Shown: piece by piece, positions 13,847-27,820 of the stretch | How the letters are laid out: each line of letters opens with the position of its first letter | How positions within the stretch are numbered: position 1 is the first letter of the stretch | Source of the DNA: Eledone cirrhosa | Taxonomy: Eukaryota | Assembly (NCBI GenBank): GCA_964016885.1 | Contig: OZ024757.1 | Location: forward strand, 33,914,001-33,978,000 | Length of the DNA: 64,000 bases | Reading direction: 5' to 3' | Position numbers and translations under genes: made by a program | The notes under the pieces: model-generated | The model's input: only the letters and a program-made list of their open reading frames with translations | Databases searched by the model: none | Told to the model about the DNA's origin: nothing

Positions 13847-14663
13847 GATATGTTTCTTTATTAGCCACAGGGGCACAAAAGAAGGGGACAAATACAAAGG
13901 GGGAAGTTTACATACAATAAAAACGTATAAAATATTATCACAAATGCAATTGAAAAATTAATCGATTTTCCCCAATAGGGGGAGATATTTCATATGGGTA
14001 ACACATACCCCCGAAAAAATGTGCAACCCTCATCTCCAGGAGTACGAAGAGTTTGTACCACTTTCCTCTCTTCCTCTTTTTCTTCAACCTGATATAGAGA
14101 GAAGGCCCATTCACTCGGGCCATTCTCGCCACTTTCACCCACCTTTCATAAAACTTACTGGGGTACAGCACCTCTCTCTCCATCCTGATTCTTCTTCCAA
14201 AGTGGTATTTGAAAAAAAGAATTGGAAGAGCAGATAGATAGATATGTTTCTTTATTAGCCACATGGGGCACAAAAGAAGGGGACAAAAGATAGATATATT
14301 TCTTTATTAGCCACAGGGGCACAAAAGAAGGGGACAAATACAAAGGGGGAAGTTTACATACAATAAAAACGTGTAAAATGTTATCACAGATGGAATTTAA
14401 AAGTTAGTCGATTTTCTCCAATAGAGGGAGACAGTTTATATGGGTAACACATACCCCCGAAAAAAAATGTGCAACCCTCATCTCCAGGAGTACGAAGAGC
14501 TTGTACTCCTTTCCTCTCCTCCTCCTTTTCCTCAACCTACAGGCTGATATAGAGAGAAGGCCCATTCACTCGGGCCATTCTCGCCACTTTCACCCACCTT
14601 TCATAAAACTTGCTGGGGTACAGCACCTCTCTCTCCATCCTGATTCTTCTTCCAAAGTGGCCA
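13847..14663 (-). mobile_element. Three tandem 5'-truncated 3' ends of a non-LTR retrotransposon (L1/Tx1-like) inserted in (GATA)n
   Basis: Copies at ~13847-14230, ~14241-14288 and ~14293-14663 share the same end (gatatgtttctttattagccaca, minus-strand AATAAA) abutting GATA repeats. The minus strand encodes FGRRIRMEREVLYPSKFYERWVKVA. The clade call is tentative. Confidence 0.6.
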
Positions 14664-14689
14664 AAAGATAGATAGATAGATAGATAGAT

Positions 14690-14766
<77 letters not shown>

Positions 14767-15024
14767 TAGATAGAAGAAAATCATCGTACATTAGCAGGGT
14801 ACATGTTTGATGAGGATTAAAGAAAATATGGAAGAACATTATTATAATTGGTTTAAATGAATGCGAAATACGGCAATGGTCGGAGTGACAAGAGGGAAAA
14901 GGTCGAGGATAATCGAGGATTCAAGCATCTTCACATGCTATCATCAAAGAATTTTGAAATTACTATAATTTTTGTTACTATAAACTCCGTCATTTTTTAT
15001 GGGTACTGTGGTAGTTATTATAAC

Positions 15025-15162
15025 CTCGGCGGGATGGTCTGAGTTAAAATCCCGGCGCCGAGGTTAACTTTGCCTTTCAACCTTACGGGGTCGATACAAT
15101 AAAGAACCAGTAATGTACTTGGATAATTGCTGGCCTTGTGCCAGCCAAAAGTAGAAACAATT
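15025..15162 (+). mobile_element. tRNA-derived SINE, 5'-truncated
   Basis: gccgaggttaactttgcctttcaaccttacggggtcgata...ggccttgtgcc...gtagaaacaatt. Confidence 0.85.
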
Positions 15163-15169
15163 ATATTAT

Positions 15170-15348
15170 CGTATTTCCCGGCGACGAAGACGCTTCGTCC
15201 TTGACGACGCACCTTAATTTTGACAACCAAAAATTTGAAAAAAAAAATAATAAACAACCTTCGGCCTCCAGAACGCATGGTAGACTTTTGAGACTTTTGA
15301 GACTTATATTAGAAAAAAATTAGCATCTTCGACGCCAGGAAAAAAGGT
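15170..15348. mobile_element. Tc1/mariner-superfamily (Tc2/pogo-like) MITE
   Basis: Imperfect ~25-bp TIRs cgtatttcccggcgacgaagacgct / agcatcttcgacgccaggaaaaaaagg in a TA context; no ORF. Confidence 0.6.
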
Positions 15349-15764
15349 ATATTATATTATCTTTAGTTTCAATTGCCGACGTAGGACATCTAATGATCTT
15401 ATAAACTTTTCCATAAGCAGCCCAGCCAAGCACAATCCTTCCTTTGACCTCCGGAAATAGGGCACCATCTCTGGCAATCTTCTTCCCGATGTACATATAA
15501 CTGTCTACTTCATTTACAGTAACCGGTGATGGTTTAGTGTGGCTGAGGGGAAGGGTGAAGAGGGAGAGGGAGAGGGAGAGGGAGGGAGATGGAGAGAGGG
15601 AGAGGGATAGAGGGAGGGATATAGAGAGAGGGAGAGGGATAGAGAGAGGGAGAGAGATAGAGGGAGAGGGATAGAGAGAGGGATATATATATAGAGAGAG
15701 AGAGAGAGAAAGAGAGGGATAGAGAGAGAGAGGGGGATATATATATATATATATACAGAGAGAG

Positions 15765-15843
<79 letters not shown>

Positions 15844-16569
15844 GAGAGAGAGGGATAGAGAGAGAGAGAGAGAGGGGGACAGAGAGCTAGAATAAGATAT
15901 AGCGTGTACACAGTTACAATTTGACACACATAAATATTAATAACTACACACACAAACATGCGTGTTGGTCTGTTTGTGGGAATGTGTGTGTGTGTGATTG
16001 TGTGTGCGTGCACGCGTACATGTGCATGTGCACTTGTATGTGTGCGTGCGTGACGTGTATGCGTGTGCGTACGTGTATATGTGTGTGCGTGACGCGCGTG
16101 CGTACGTGTATGTGTGTGCGTATGTGTATGCGTGTGCGTACGTGTGTGTATGCGTAAGTGTATATGTGCGCGTACGTGATATGTGTGTGTATGTGATATG
16201 TGTGTACGGGACGTGTATACGTGTGAGTCCGTGTATATGCGTGTGCGTACGTGTATACGTGTGTGTGAGTACGTGTATAGGTGTGCGTACGTGTATATGC
16301 GTGCATGCGTGTATGTGCCTACGTGTATACGTGTGCGTACGTGTATATGTGTGCATGCGTGTAACAGTACGTGTGTATATGTGTATAAACATCATGTCCG
16401 GATTAAGGCCAAGTTGTGCCCCTAGTCACAATCCAACAATGGTGGCCCTCAAATCGTCCATTGTTTAACTGACGAGACATTAAGACACAATAACTGTTGA
16501 ACGGGAAATAACAAATTGCCAAATTAATTACTTTTTTTCTTTTATTTCAGCTCATCGTCCTATAACTAG

Positions 16570-17980
16570 CAACTGTGTTGAATGCCTCACAACTGTATTA
16601 AATACGACACAACGCTATTGAATACCTCACAACACTATTGAATACCACACAACACTATTGAATACCTCACAACACTATTGGATACATCACAACTGTATTA
16701 AATACCACACAACGCTTTTGAATATTTCACAACTTTATTAAATACCACACAACACTATTAAATACCTCACAACACTATTAAATACCACACAACACTATTA
16801 AATACCTCACAACACTATTAAATACCTCACAACACTATTAAATACCACACAACACTATTAAATACCACACAGCACTATTAAATACCTCACAACACTATTG
16901 GATATCTTACAACTGTATTAAATACCTCACAACTGTACTGGATACCTCACAACAGAACTGAATACCTCACGACACTATTGAATACCTCACAGCTACATAA
17001 AACACCTCAACTGTATTAAATACCACACAACACTATTGAACACCTCACAACTGTATTAAATACCACACAGCACTATTGAACACCTCACAACTGTATTAAA
17101 TACCACACAGCACTATTGAACACCTCACAACTGTATTAAATACCACACAGCACTATTGAACATCTCACAACTGTATTAAATACCACACAGCACTATTGAA
17201 CATCTCACAACTGTATTAAATACCACACAACACTATTGAACACCTCACAACTATATTAAATACCACACAGCACTATTGAATACCTCACAACTGTATTAAA
17301 TACCACACAGCACTATTGAACACCTCACAACTGTATTAAATACCACACAGCACTATTGAACACCTCACAACTGTATTAAATACCACACAGCACTATTGAA
17401 CACCTCACAACTGTATTAAATACCACACAGCACTATTGAACACCTCACAACTATATTAAATACCACACAGCACTATTGAACACCTCACAACTGTATTAAA
17501 TACCACACAGCACTATTGAACATCTCACAACTGTATTAAATACCACACATCACTATTGAATACCTCACAACTATATTAAATACTTCACAACTGTACTGGA
17601 TACCTCACAAAAGAACTGAATACCTCACAACTATTGAATACCTCACAACTGTATTGAATACATCACAACTGTATTGAATACATCACAACTGTATTGAATA
17701 CATCACATCTGTATTGCATACATCACAACTCTATTCAATTCCTCACAGCTACATTGAACACCTCGCAACACTATTAAATACCTCATAACTGTATTGAATG
17801 CCTCACAACTATATCAAATACCTCACAACTGAACTGAACATCTCACAAGATTGTTGAATACCCCACAACTCTATTTAAAACCTCACAACACTACTAAATA
17901 TCTCACAACAATATTGAATACATCACAACAGTATTAGATAGATTACAACTGTATTAAAGACCTCACAACATTATTGAATA
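16570..17980 (+). repeat. ~20-bp minisatellite (aatacctcacaacactattg)n with a homogenised 40-bp dimer at ~17030-17560
   Basis: Seen directly; the central block repeats ctgtattaaataccacacagcactattgaacacctcacaa. Confidence 0.95.
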
Positions 17981-18178
17981 GATAACTTCTTTTTTATACT
18001 TTTCTTTTACTTATTATTTTACTGGTTTCAGTCATGAGACTGCGGCCATGCTAGAATACCGCCGTTAAATCATTTTATTCGATCTTATCAGGCCCAGTAC
18101 TTGTTTGTTTCAAGTCTGATACTTACACACATACACACATATATATATAGACATATATATATATAGAGAGAGAGGGAC

Positions 18179-18243
<65 letters not shown>

Positions 18244-18283
18244 ATATTAAATAAATGGAAAACTAAATTTATAAAACCATATT

Positions 18284-18344
18284 TATTCTATTATATATAT
18301 TTCAAGGATACCAAAATTTTGGTACGCTCTCATCAGATAAAATA
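18284..18344 (-). ncRNA. Type I hammerhead ribozyme (mirror copy in left arm)
   Basis: Reverse complement of 18485-18545 with an intact core (tcatcag 18330-36; tttc ~18300-03) and about two substitutions in stem/loop II. Confidence 0.75.
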
Positions 18345-18484
18345 CGAAGTGTGTTTTATAAATTTTGACATAACCAAGGAGAATATACCTTAACGATTCA
18401 AGTTTTCCTTGACTATCCAAGGAAAACTTGAACCGTTAAGGTATATTCTCCTTGGTTATGTTAACATTTATAAAACACACTTCG

Positions 18485-18545
18485 TATTTTATCTGATGAG
18501 AGGGTACCAACATTTTGGTATCCTTGAAATATATATAATAGAATA
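18485..18545 (+). ncRNA. Type I hammerhead ribozyme
   Basis: Stem I tattttat (18485-92) / atagaata (18538-45). CTGATGA 18493-99. 11-bp stem II gagggtaccaa/ttggtatcctt. GAAA 18526-29. Short stem III with palindromic loop. Predicted AUA cleavage after 18537. Confidence 0.8.
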
Positions 18546-18666
18546 AATATGGTTTTATAAATTTAGTTTTCCATTTATTTAATGTCATTGTATATTATAC
18601 TCCAGAAAATATATATAACAGAGTTATATATATATAACAGAGTTATATATATATATATATATATAT

Positions 18667-18799
18667 AACGAAGGAAATGTGGTAAGGAACCAGGTGGACC
18701 ATAACGCACCAAAGTACTCAATACTTGAGGTAGTAGAGTGGGTAGTAGAATTAGCCGTCGAAACGGCTTGAGCTCAGCTGTCGGGGTCTTACTGGTTCC

Positions 18800-18804
<5 letters not shown>
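18667..18804. mobile_element. Family B element with internal inversion (inverted tail joined to forward GAAA-containing segment)
   Basis: 18667-18748 is the reverse complement of the 62121-62203 tail. 18749-18804 matches 62061-62125 forward. Flanked by TA runs. Confidence 0.8.
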
Positions 18805-18845
<41 letters not shown>

Positions 18846-19060
18846 CAGAGTTTTATATATATATATATAACAGAGTTTTATATATATATATATATAACAG
18901 AGTTTTATATATATATATATATAACAGAGTTTTATATATATATATATATAACAGAGTTATATATATATATATATATAACAAAGTTATATATATATATATA
19001 TATATAACAAAGTTATATATATATATAACAAAGTTATATATATATATATATATAACAAAG

Positions 19061-19098
<38 letters not shown>

Positions 19099-19130
19099 CA
19101 AAGTTATATATATATATATATATAACAAAG

Positions 19131-19202
<72 letters not shown>

Positions 19203-19489
19203 CAGAGTTATATATATATATGCATAACAGAGTAATATATAGTCCAAAGACATTGCTCAATGTGCCACGGGTGTCACGTAGCGGGGGACTGAACCCAGAA
19301 CCCCATCTTATATGTCTCTTTGTTCTCGTCTTCCTTCCATCCTACTATGACAACCCACTCTGTGCACCTGTACACAATCCAGTGCTTGGTGCCCTAAGCA
19401 CGTGCTGACATTGTTTAGCGTTTAGCTAATCCGGCCTTGATAAACATAATACACGCCAACGGTAGAACTGATACACATACCAATATGCA

Positions 19490-20460
19490 CACCCAAACAC
19501 TCCAATACACACACACTTATACGTATACACACACACACCCAAACACTCCAATACACACACACACACACACACACACTTATACGTACACACACACACCCAA
19601 ACACTCCAATACACACACACACACACACACACACTTATACGTACACACACACACACACACCCAAACACTCCAATACACACACACACACACACTTATACGT
19701 ACACACACACACCCAAACACTCCAATACACACACACACACTTATACGTACATACACACACACACTTATACGTACACACACACACACACTTATACGTACAC
19801 ACACACACACACACTTATACGTACACACACACACCCAAACACTCCAATACACACACACACACACACTTATACGTACACACACACACCCAAACACTCCAAT
19901 ACACACACACACACTTATACGTACATACACACACACACTTATACGTACACACACACACACACACACTTATACGTACATACATACGCACACACACTTATAC
20001 GTACATACACACACACACACACTTATACGTACATATACACACACACACACACTTATACGTACATACACACACACACACTTATACGTACACACACACACAC
20101 ACTTATACGTACATACATACGCACACACACTTATACGTACATACACACACACACACACTTATACGTACATATACACACACACACACACTTATACGTACAT
20201 ACACACACACACACTTATACGTACATACACACACACACTTATACGTACATACACACACACACTTATACGTACATACACACACACACACACTTATACGTAC
20301 ATACACACACATACACACTTATACGTACATACACACACATACACACACACACACTTATACGTACATACACACACACACACTTATACGTACACACACACAC
20401 ACACACTTATACGTACATACACACACATATACACTTATACGTACATACACACACACATAC
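19490..20460 (+). repeat. Compound minisatellite (cacttatacgtaca + (CA)n; cccaaacactccaata)
   Basis: Seen directly. Confidence 0.9.
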
Positions 20461-20690
20461 CACACTCAAATTATATATATATATGCATTTAGGTATGTAT
20501 ATATATACATACATATATATGTATATATATATATATATATATATGTATATGTATATAAATAAATATATTTCTATAGTTACACACACACATATATATACAT
20601 ATATATATACACACACACACACATACATATATATACACACACACACACATATAAACACACACACACACACACATATATACACACACACAC

Positions 20691-20793
<103 letters not shown>

Positions 20794-20794
20794 T

Positions 20795-20863
<69 letters not shown>

Positions 20864-21056
20864 TATATATACATATGTATATATACACACATATGTGTGT
20901 GTTTGTGTGTGTATATATGTGTGTATATTATATAAATGTGTGTATATAAAGAAAGGGATTTAAAGAAATATTGAATAAGTGTGCATAGTAAACGTGCTGT
21001 ATTGCGATAGAAGAATGCATACACACACACATATATATATATATATATACACATAC

Positions 21057-21087
<31 letters not shown>

Positions 21088-21118
21088 CATACATATATAT
21101 ATACACACACACATATAT

Positions 21119-21171
<53 letters not shown>

Positions 21172-21427
21172 TATATACACATATTGAGGAGAGGAGGGAG
21201 AGTGAGAGACAGAGATAGATACAGACAGAGTAAGAGAGAGAAAAAGGGACAGACCATGCAAGACAGAGAGACAAAGACAGAGACAGAATCCGTCAGAGAG
21301 AGGCGGGGGCACGGAGAGAGAGGGGGGGGACAGACCGAGCAAGAGAGACGGAGAGGCAGAGACAGACGGACAGAGTAAGAGAGAGAGAGAGAGAGGCACA
21401 GAAGGAGAGAGAGAAAGGCACAGAAGG

Positions 21428-21480
<53 letters not shown>

Positions 21481-21531
21481 CACAGAAGGAGACAGACAGA
21501 CAGAGTAAGAGAGAGAGGGACAGACAGACAA

Positions 21532-21575
<44 letters not shown>

Positions 21576-22962
21576 GGCACAGGGGGAAACAGGCAGAGAG
21601 AGAAACAGACAGGCAGAGAGAGAGAGAGAGAGAGACCAAGCAAGAGAGAGACGGAGAGACAGAGACAGACGGACAGAGTAAGAGAGTGAGAGAGGCACAG
21701 AGGGAGACAGAAAGAGAGGCACTGAGGGAGACAGAGAGAGATGGGAGAGAGAAACATACAGGCAAAGAGAGACAGAATGGGGAGAGAGAGGGAGAGAGAG
21801 AAACATATTGAGATGGGTAGATTGGGGAGGGGGGGGGGGTCAGAAGCAAAGAATGCCGAAGGCTGAGTAGCTGATCGTTTGTTCACCGAGGTGCATTAGC
21901 AACAACGTGTCGCATAGCAGCATGCAGCATGCAGAATGCAGCCGGCTGCATATTCATACACACAGCAACAAAACGGGCAACGGAAGTGCATATTCACACA
22001 TTGCACCTCCCAGTCGTAAACATTCAATGTTGACCAACAAGGAGAAAGAATTCTTAATAAACTGGCAGACGATACTCTGACACACGCAAATAAAGAGACA
22101 TACACACAGACACAGACATACACACAGACACAGGCATACACACACACACACACTGACACAGGCACAGGCACAGACACACACAGACACAGGCACAGGCATA
22201 CACACACAGAGACACAGGCATACACACACAGAGACACAGGCATACACACACAGACACACACAGAGACACAGGCACAGGCATACACACACAGACATACACA
22301 CACACACAGACACAGGCAGACACACACACACAGATACAGGCACACACACAGACACAGGCATACACACAGACACACACAGAGACACAGGCACAGGCATACA
22401 CACACAGACATACACACACACACAGACACAGGCAGACACACACATACATACACAGACACACACACAGACACAGACATACAGACACAGGCATACACACAGA
22501 CACACACACACAGACACAGGCATACACACAGACAGAGGCACACACACAGACACAGGTATACACACACACAGACACAGGAACAGGCATACACACACAGACA
22601 CAGGCATACACACACACACACAGGCATACATACACTCACACATAGACACAGACACTGGCATACACACACAGGCACACTCACACACAGGCATACACACACA
22701 GACAGAGACATACACGGACACAGACAGACATACACACACAGACACAAACACTCACACATAGACAGAGACATACAGACACACAGACAGACACACACACACA
22801 GACATACACACACACACACAGACGGACACGCAGACAGACAGACACATACACACATACACGGCGACACACACACAGACAGACACTCATACAAGGACACAGA
22901 TACACAGACGTAGACACACACACAAACACAGACGTACAGACATGCAGATAGAAGCACGTAAG

Positions 22963-23022
<60 letters not shown>

Positions 23023-23069
23023 CATATATAAGTGTATATATATATATGTGTGCGCGGGCGCGCGAAAAG

Positions 23070-23215
23070 AAATAGGAACAGGAACAAAACAAAGCAAACA
23101 ACACAGTACAATGAAGAAATATATTAGTTTAACGCTTGATATAATAAGAAAAGTGTCTTTACGTTTCGGACAGTTTTTCTTCGTCAGAAGATGAATGAGA
23201 AATAAAAGATGAAAT
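23070..23215 (-). mobile_element. Family C element with minimal hammerhead
   Basis: Minus strand reads tctt-CTGACGA-agaaaaactgtcc-GAAA-CG-TA-aaga (stem I tctt/aaga; stem II eroded). Downstream 'tcaagcgttaaactaatata' is shared with 31480-31620 and 33161-33285. Confidence 0.65.
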
Positions 23216-23286
23216 AAAGAGATAGAGAGTGAGAAGAGGAAAGAACAGGAAAAAGGAAGTTTGTTGGAAACATATATATAATTAAT

Positions 23287-23321
<35 letters not shown>

Positions 23322-23353
23322 GATATATATATATATACATATATATATACACA

Positions 23354-23384
<31 letters not shown>

Positions 23385-23589
23385 TTTTTGACAGTCGATC
23401 GACTTTCGTCAAACAATGTTTCCGTTGGTCTTTCCAGTTGCTAATACTCTCTATTGGTCGCAACTCCAGGTAGAAGGAGAAACATGAAATAAAGTGTCTT
23501 GCTCAAGGACTTAACACATCGCAAGGTCCAGGAATCGAAATCACAACCTCACGATTGCGAATCCAATTCTCTTACCACTCAGCCACGCG

Positions 23590-23659
<70 letters not shown>

Positions 23660-23678
23660 TACACACACACATACACAC

Positions 23679-23797
<119 letters not shown>

Positions 23798-23840
23798 CAC
23801 ACATATATACACACATACATATATACAGAGAGAGAGAGGG

Positions 23841-24026
23841 GGGATCAAGACCCCGACGGCTGACCTCCGGCCGTTTGGACAGCTAGATCCGATCTAGCTG
23901 ACGAAACGGCCGGAGCTCAGCCGCCGGGGTCCTGACTCTTTTCCTATTACCCACTCTACTACCCTAAGTATCAAGTACTCTGGTGCGTTATGGTCCACCT
24001 CGTTCCTTACCTCACTTTCTTTGTTA
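23841..24026 (+). mobile_element. Family B fold-back element
   Basis: Inverted repeat gaccccgacggctga..ccgtttggacagctagat / atctagctgacgaaacggccggagctcagccgccggggtc centred at ~23890, then the tail cctattacccactctactaccctaagta shared with 62013-62207. Confidence 0.8.
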
Positions 24027-24045
24027 CACACACACACACACACAT

Positions 24046-27000
24046 GTCTTCTATACATCCGTTACCGGTGCTATGACGAGATTCCCCCTCCAGTTCACTA
24101 TCTAGCATTGCCGTCCAAATTTCATCTGCCTACAACCCTGTGTCATTGTCAAGAACGTCGTTCAGCATGATGGTTTGTCTCCCAACTCGTCCACACGCAT
24201 CCGGTTTCTAGAAAAGGATTCTGACGTTTTACATGTCCTACGCCCTATGATGTCAGGAAATCAAAGGTGTGAGCCATAGACCGATTTCTCTGCCACGAGT
24301 GTTCTAGACTCTAGGTTCTCAACCTTTTTTGCTCCATGCAGCCCAAGACGACCTGATTTTTCAAATCCCCCCATCCTACATTATATTACTGATATTTATA
24401 TAAGTAGACAAACATTTAAAAAAAAGACAGCACGACAACGGATGTTACAAATGAATACACAAAAAGATTTATTTGGTTATGTTGTGCTAAAAGTACAGAA
24501 AATAAATTAATCACTGCGCAATTGTGGTAAACAGATTATAATTGGGGTCTAAATGCTGTTTTTTTTTTTTTTTACTTTTAAAGACTTATACGCACTTCCC
24601 TAAGTAACCGGCTATAAGAAAAGACTGGTATGGAGTAGCAAAGTATGTAAGGCAAAGGCACTTGTACAGAATATGCACTGGCTTTTATATAGTTGAAGAG
24701 AATATCGAAACATCAATCGAACTGTAAAATTAAAGTAACGAACGAATCCAGTGGTCATCAAACTTAATGCAACGGTTGACTTTTTTGCATGGATGCAAGC
24801 TTGGCTATATCCGGATTTAGTTTTGTTAACTGCATACGCAAATCTCCGCGATTTTCAATTTCAAGGCGGTTTCTCTTTTTCGTTAAGAGATTGTTGGCTA
24901 CGCTGATACCACTCTCAACCAAGTGTGTAGTTGGAAAGGGAAGAAAGAACTTTACAGCTGTTGTGCACAAAATAGGATACTGGGTGCTCAAATGATTATC
25001 AAGCAACATCATGGTTGCTTTGTGCTTGTAAAGATTTTGAGCAAAATCATCATTTTTTAACTCAGCCAGGTCATCCTATAGGTATGGATCAACATCAGAA
25101 AGATGTGGGAGAAACGGTTGCGAAAGCCATTCGGGGGGAAAGACATTTGACGGAGGTCATGAAATCTAGAGTTGAACTCATTTTCCAAAGCAAGCAAATG
25201 AGTGCATAAGATGCTCGATACCTCTGATGGAACTGGTCCGCAGGTAGATAGATGTGGGAAGTTTTCGTAGCGACCCACAGAAAGGTTCAATTAAAAGAGA
25301 TTTACCTTATCGATAAAGGCTAATATTTTGGTTTTCGCCACGATCATAGTCACCTTGTCCCACTGCAATTCCTTGTTCAATAAATTGAGTTTTTGGAAAA
25401 TGTCAGCCAAATAAGCGACCAATAATTTTCCGTCAGCTCTTTGAAGGATGTTCGTGTGGGAACTCTCAGGTAAAAACTTCACAACTTCATCGAATAATTC
25501 GAAAAAGCGGGCAAAACAATTTCCCTTTGACAACCATCTGATGTCAGTATGTAGGATAAGATGTCCTTGCAGTATTTCTGGAAAAGACGATCAGTCTTGG
25601 GATTTGCCTTGATTAACTTTACGTATGACACAACAGCATTCACTACTTCTTATAATTCTGGTGAAAGACATCTGGAAGTCAAGTTTTCCCGATGAAGGAC
25701 GCAGTGTACTGTCAAAATCGATGGGTTATCATCTTTAATGTGTCTCCCATCATTGCGGGTGCGCCGTCTCCTGCACCTGATGTAACGGATGCAATAGGAA
25801 TCTTGTTTTCTGATAAGTACGACATCACAAGGTCGTATATATCGGAAGATGTTGTAGTTTCAAAGGCACGACAAAAAAGCATTTCCTCTCGAAAAGCATC
25901 ATCGTTTTGGAATCTGACATATGCCAGAAGTACAGACCGGCTTCCACAAAAGGTTGACTCATCGAGCTGAAGTGAAAAAGGTCTTTCTCGAATATATGTG
26001 AAGCTGCTGTTGTTCCACATCAATGGACATCTCATCAGTTCGTTGCCGTACTATGTCATTGCTGAGTGGCATAAGCTGGACCACTGAGTCGTCTATGTGA
26101 TTCATAACAGTTTGTAAAAACACAGAAATGGCTGGTTTAATTAACTGCTCACCTATCGTATGGGGTTTTCCACACTTAGCAATCAATTTTGAAAGTTCGT
26201 AGCTCGCTATTAATGATTTATCCTGCTTTTCGACTACTTTAGAGATGGTGTAGACTGGCAGCAAACTTTCTTTTGAAGATATTGGAAGTATGAAAGCGGC
26301 TTCGATGACTTGTCTCCATGCTTCGCATTGAAGTGTTGTTAGAGTCGCCCACGCCTCGTGGTGTCATTGCTCAGCGTTTGATGACAGAGAAGACACATAG
26401 GCAATCGAGAATCATGAGGTGCTTCAATGAAACCGAATTTCAAATAATCGTTGCTATATTGCCGTACTTTCTTCTTATTTGATGCCATAGGTAAGATATT
26501 TGGAAGCAATCGGATGTTAAATGCCTCCACTGTTATGAACGATCGTTATATGTGTGAAATGCGATGCGTTAATAATGATACAATAGCAGTCATCTAAGCA
26601 GGCCAGTTGATATTCATGTACTACAGCCACAGGTTGACGTTACATATTGGCCGGAAATTTTCCTGGTGTTACGGTCAAGGTCACACATTGTGGCTAGATA
26701 TGCAGACAGAAAGTGTCCATACTCTCGTATATCAGCAAGTTTCTTAGCACTCACATACGTGCAGGCAAATATCACGTCTCGAAATCACGTTTTCCACGCA
26801 GATCAGCAAACTTTCTCCCTAAATTAAGAATACACCTTGTTTCAAATGCTCCATTAATATCATATGGCCACCCAAAATTTCATATATCCCCTCTCCCAAA
26901 TTTCCATATGACCACCAGGGGGCTCCCGTTGAGAAACACTGTTCTAGACCTTTCTCAGCATCAGGGTGAATATATCATTGTGTATCAGTGTTTTTGTCAG

Positions 27001-27800
27001 TGTCCATGACTCACCTCCATAGAGGAGAATGGATTCAACTGTTGCTTAGAATAGGGAGTTGAGAGACCTCCACCTCCACCCCATGCTTTTCCCACTCTGG
27101 TGTCCACGTCGTGCTCTGTGTTCATAAAACTACCAAGATACAAGAAATAGACCTCATCAATCTCTGAATCGTTCAACGCATGAATTCGTTTATTTGACGT
27201 TGTATCGAGTTGGATGAACTTTGTTTTGCAAGCATTCAAGAAGAGTCCATTCTGTGAATCATTTCCTCAACTTCTTTGCAGCTATTTTCCAGGAGAGCTA
27301 TGTGATCTCTGTAAGCCATTTCAGATAGAACTTCCTCTGGATGTCGGGTACTTTGTCGTCTCTTCAGTAATATTCCGTCTGATGGTGCAATGGTATTACG
27401 CAATGCATAATCAAGGCATATCACCAAAATAAAAGGGACCAGTAGACCTCTCTGGAACTCCAGTATCAATGGAGAATAGGTTGAGTTTCTTTTGTGCGTC
27501 ATCACAAGTGCTGAAGTATTCTCATACATGATTTTAATTGCATACATGATCTGATGGGGTATCCCATAAGCAAGAAGAATTTTAAGCATCTTCTTTCGGT
27601 CGATCCAATCAAAGGCCTTCTTGAAATCAATGAATACCTTTGCTGCCTTCTTTTAATGATTCCGTACTTCATTAACAATCCTTCTTAGAGCCAAGATGTG
27701 TGAGGCAGTAGAGCGAAATGGCCGAAATACATTTTGGGTGGAACGTAGAATACTGTCGATACTTGCTCTGATCCTATTCAGTTAATTCGGCTAATAGAAA
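24046..27800 (-). pseudogene. Degenerate RTE-like LINE (RT to C-terminus) split by the hAT insertion
   Basis: Minus-strand motifs FRPFRSTASHILALRRIV, FIDFKKAFD, MLKILLAYGIP..AIKIMYENTSA, LDYALR and FLYLGSF in 26950-27800. The C-terminal part continues in 24046-24301. Confidence 0.75.
24310..26941 (-). mobile_element. hAT DNA transposon, Buster/Charlie type, with decayed transposase
   Basis: 8-bp TSD ttctagac at 24302-24309 and 26942-26949. TIR gttgagaaacactg (26928-41), with a degenerate tctaggttctcaac on the left. Transposase fragments: RQYSNDYLKFGF..PMCLLC, IAKCGKPHTIGEQLIKPA, FSLQLDEST, DGAPAMMG, SKGNCFARFFEL, LPFPTTHLVESG, KKRNRL..DLRMQLT. Confidence 0.95.
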
Positions 27801-27820
27801 ACATGACTGGTAATATCATA

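Larger units (their letters stand above)
18234..18595. mobile_element. Fold-back element (family E), ~178-bp arms, in (TA)n, with a hammerhead on each strand
   Basis: Near-perfect palindrome centred at 18414/18415 (loop actatc) and flanked by TA runs. Confidence 0.9.

Noticed and set aside
18234-18595. Interpreting the fold-back elements as classical MITEs
   Set aside because: The arms extend to the centre, are asymmetric in several loci (one-sided tails), vary in architecture within a family and contain ribozyme motifs. This fits retro-insertion with inversion better than a TIR transposon, though a DNA-transposon origin is not formally excluded.
21841-22075. Non-repetitive island between microsatellites as a candidate exon or regulatory element
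   Set aside because: No ORF, splice or structural evidence is visible.
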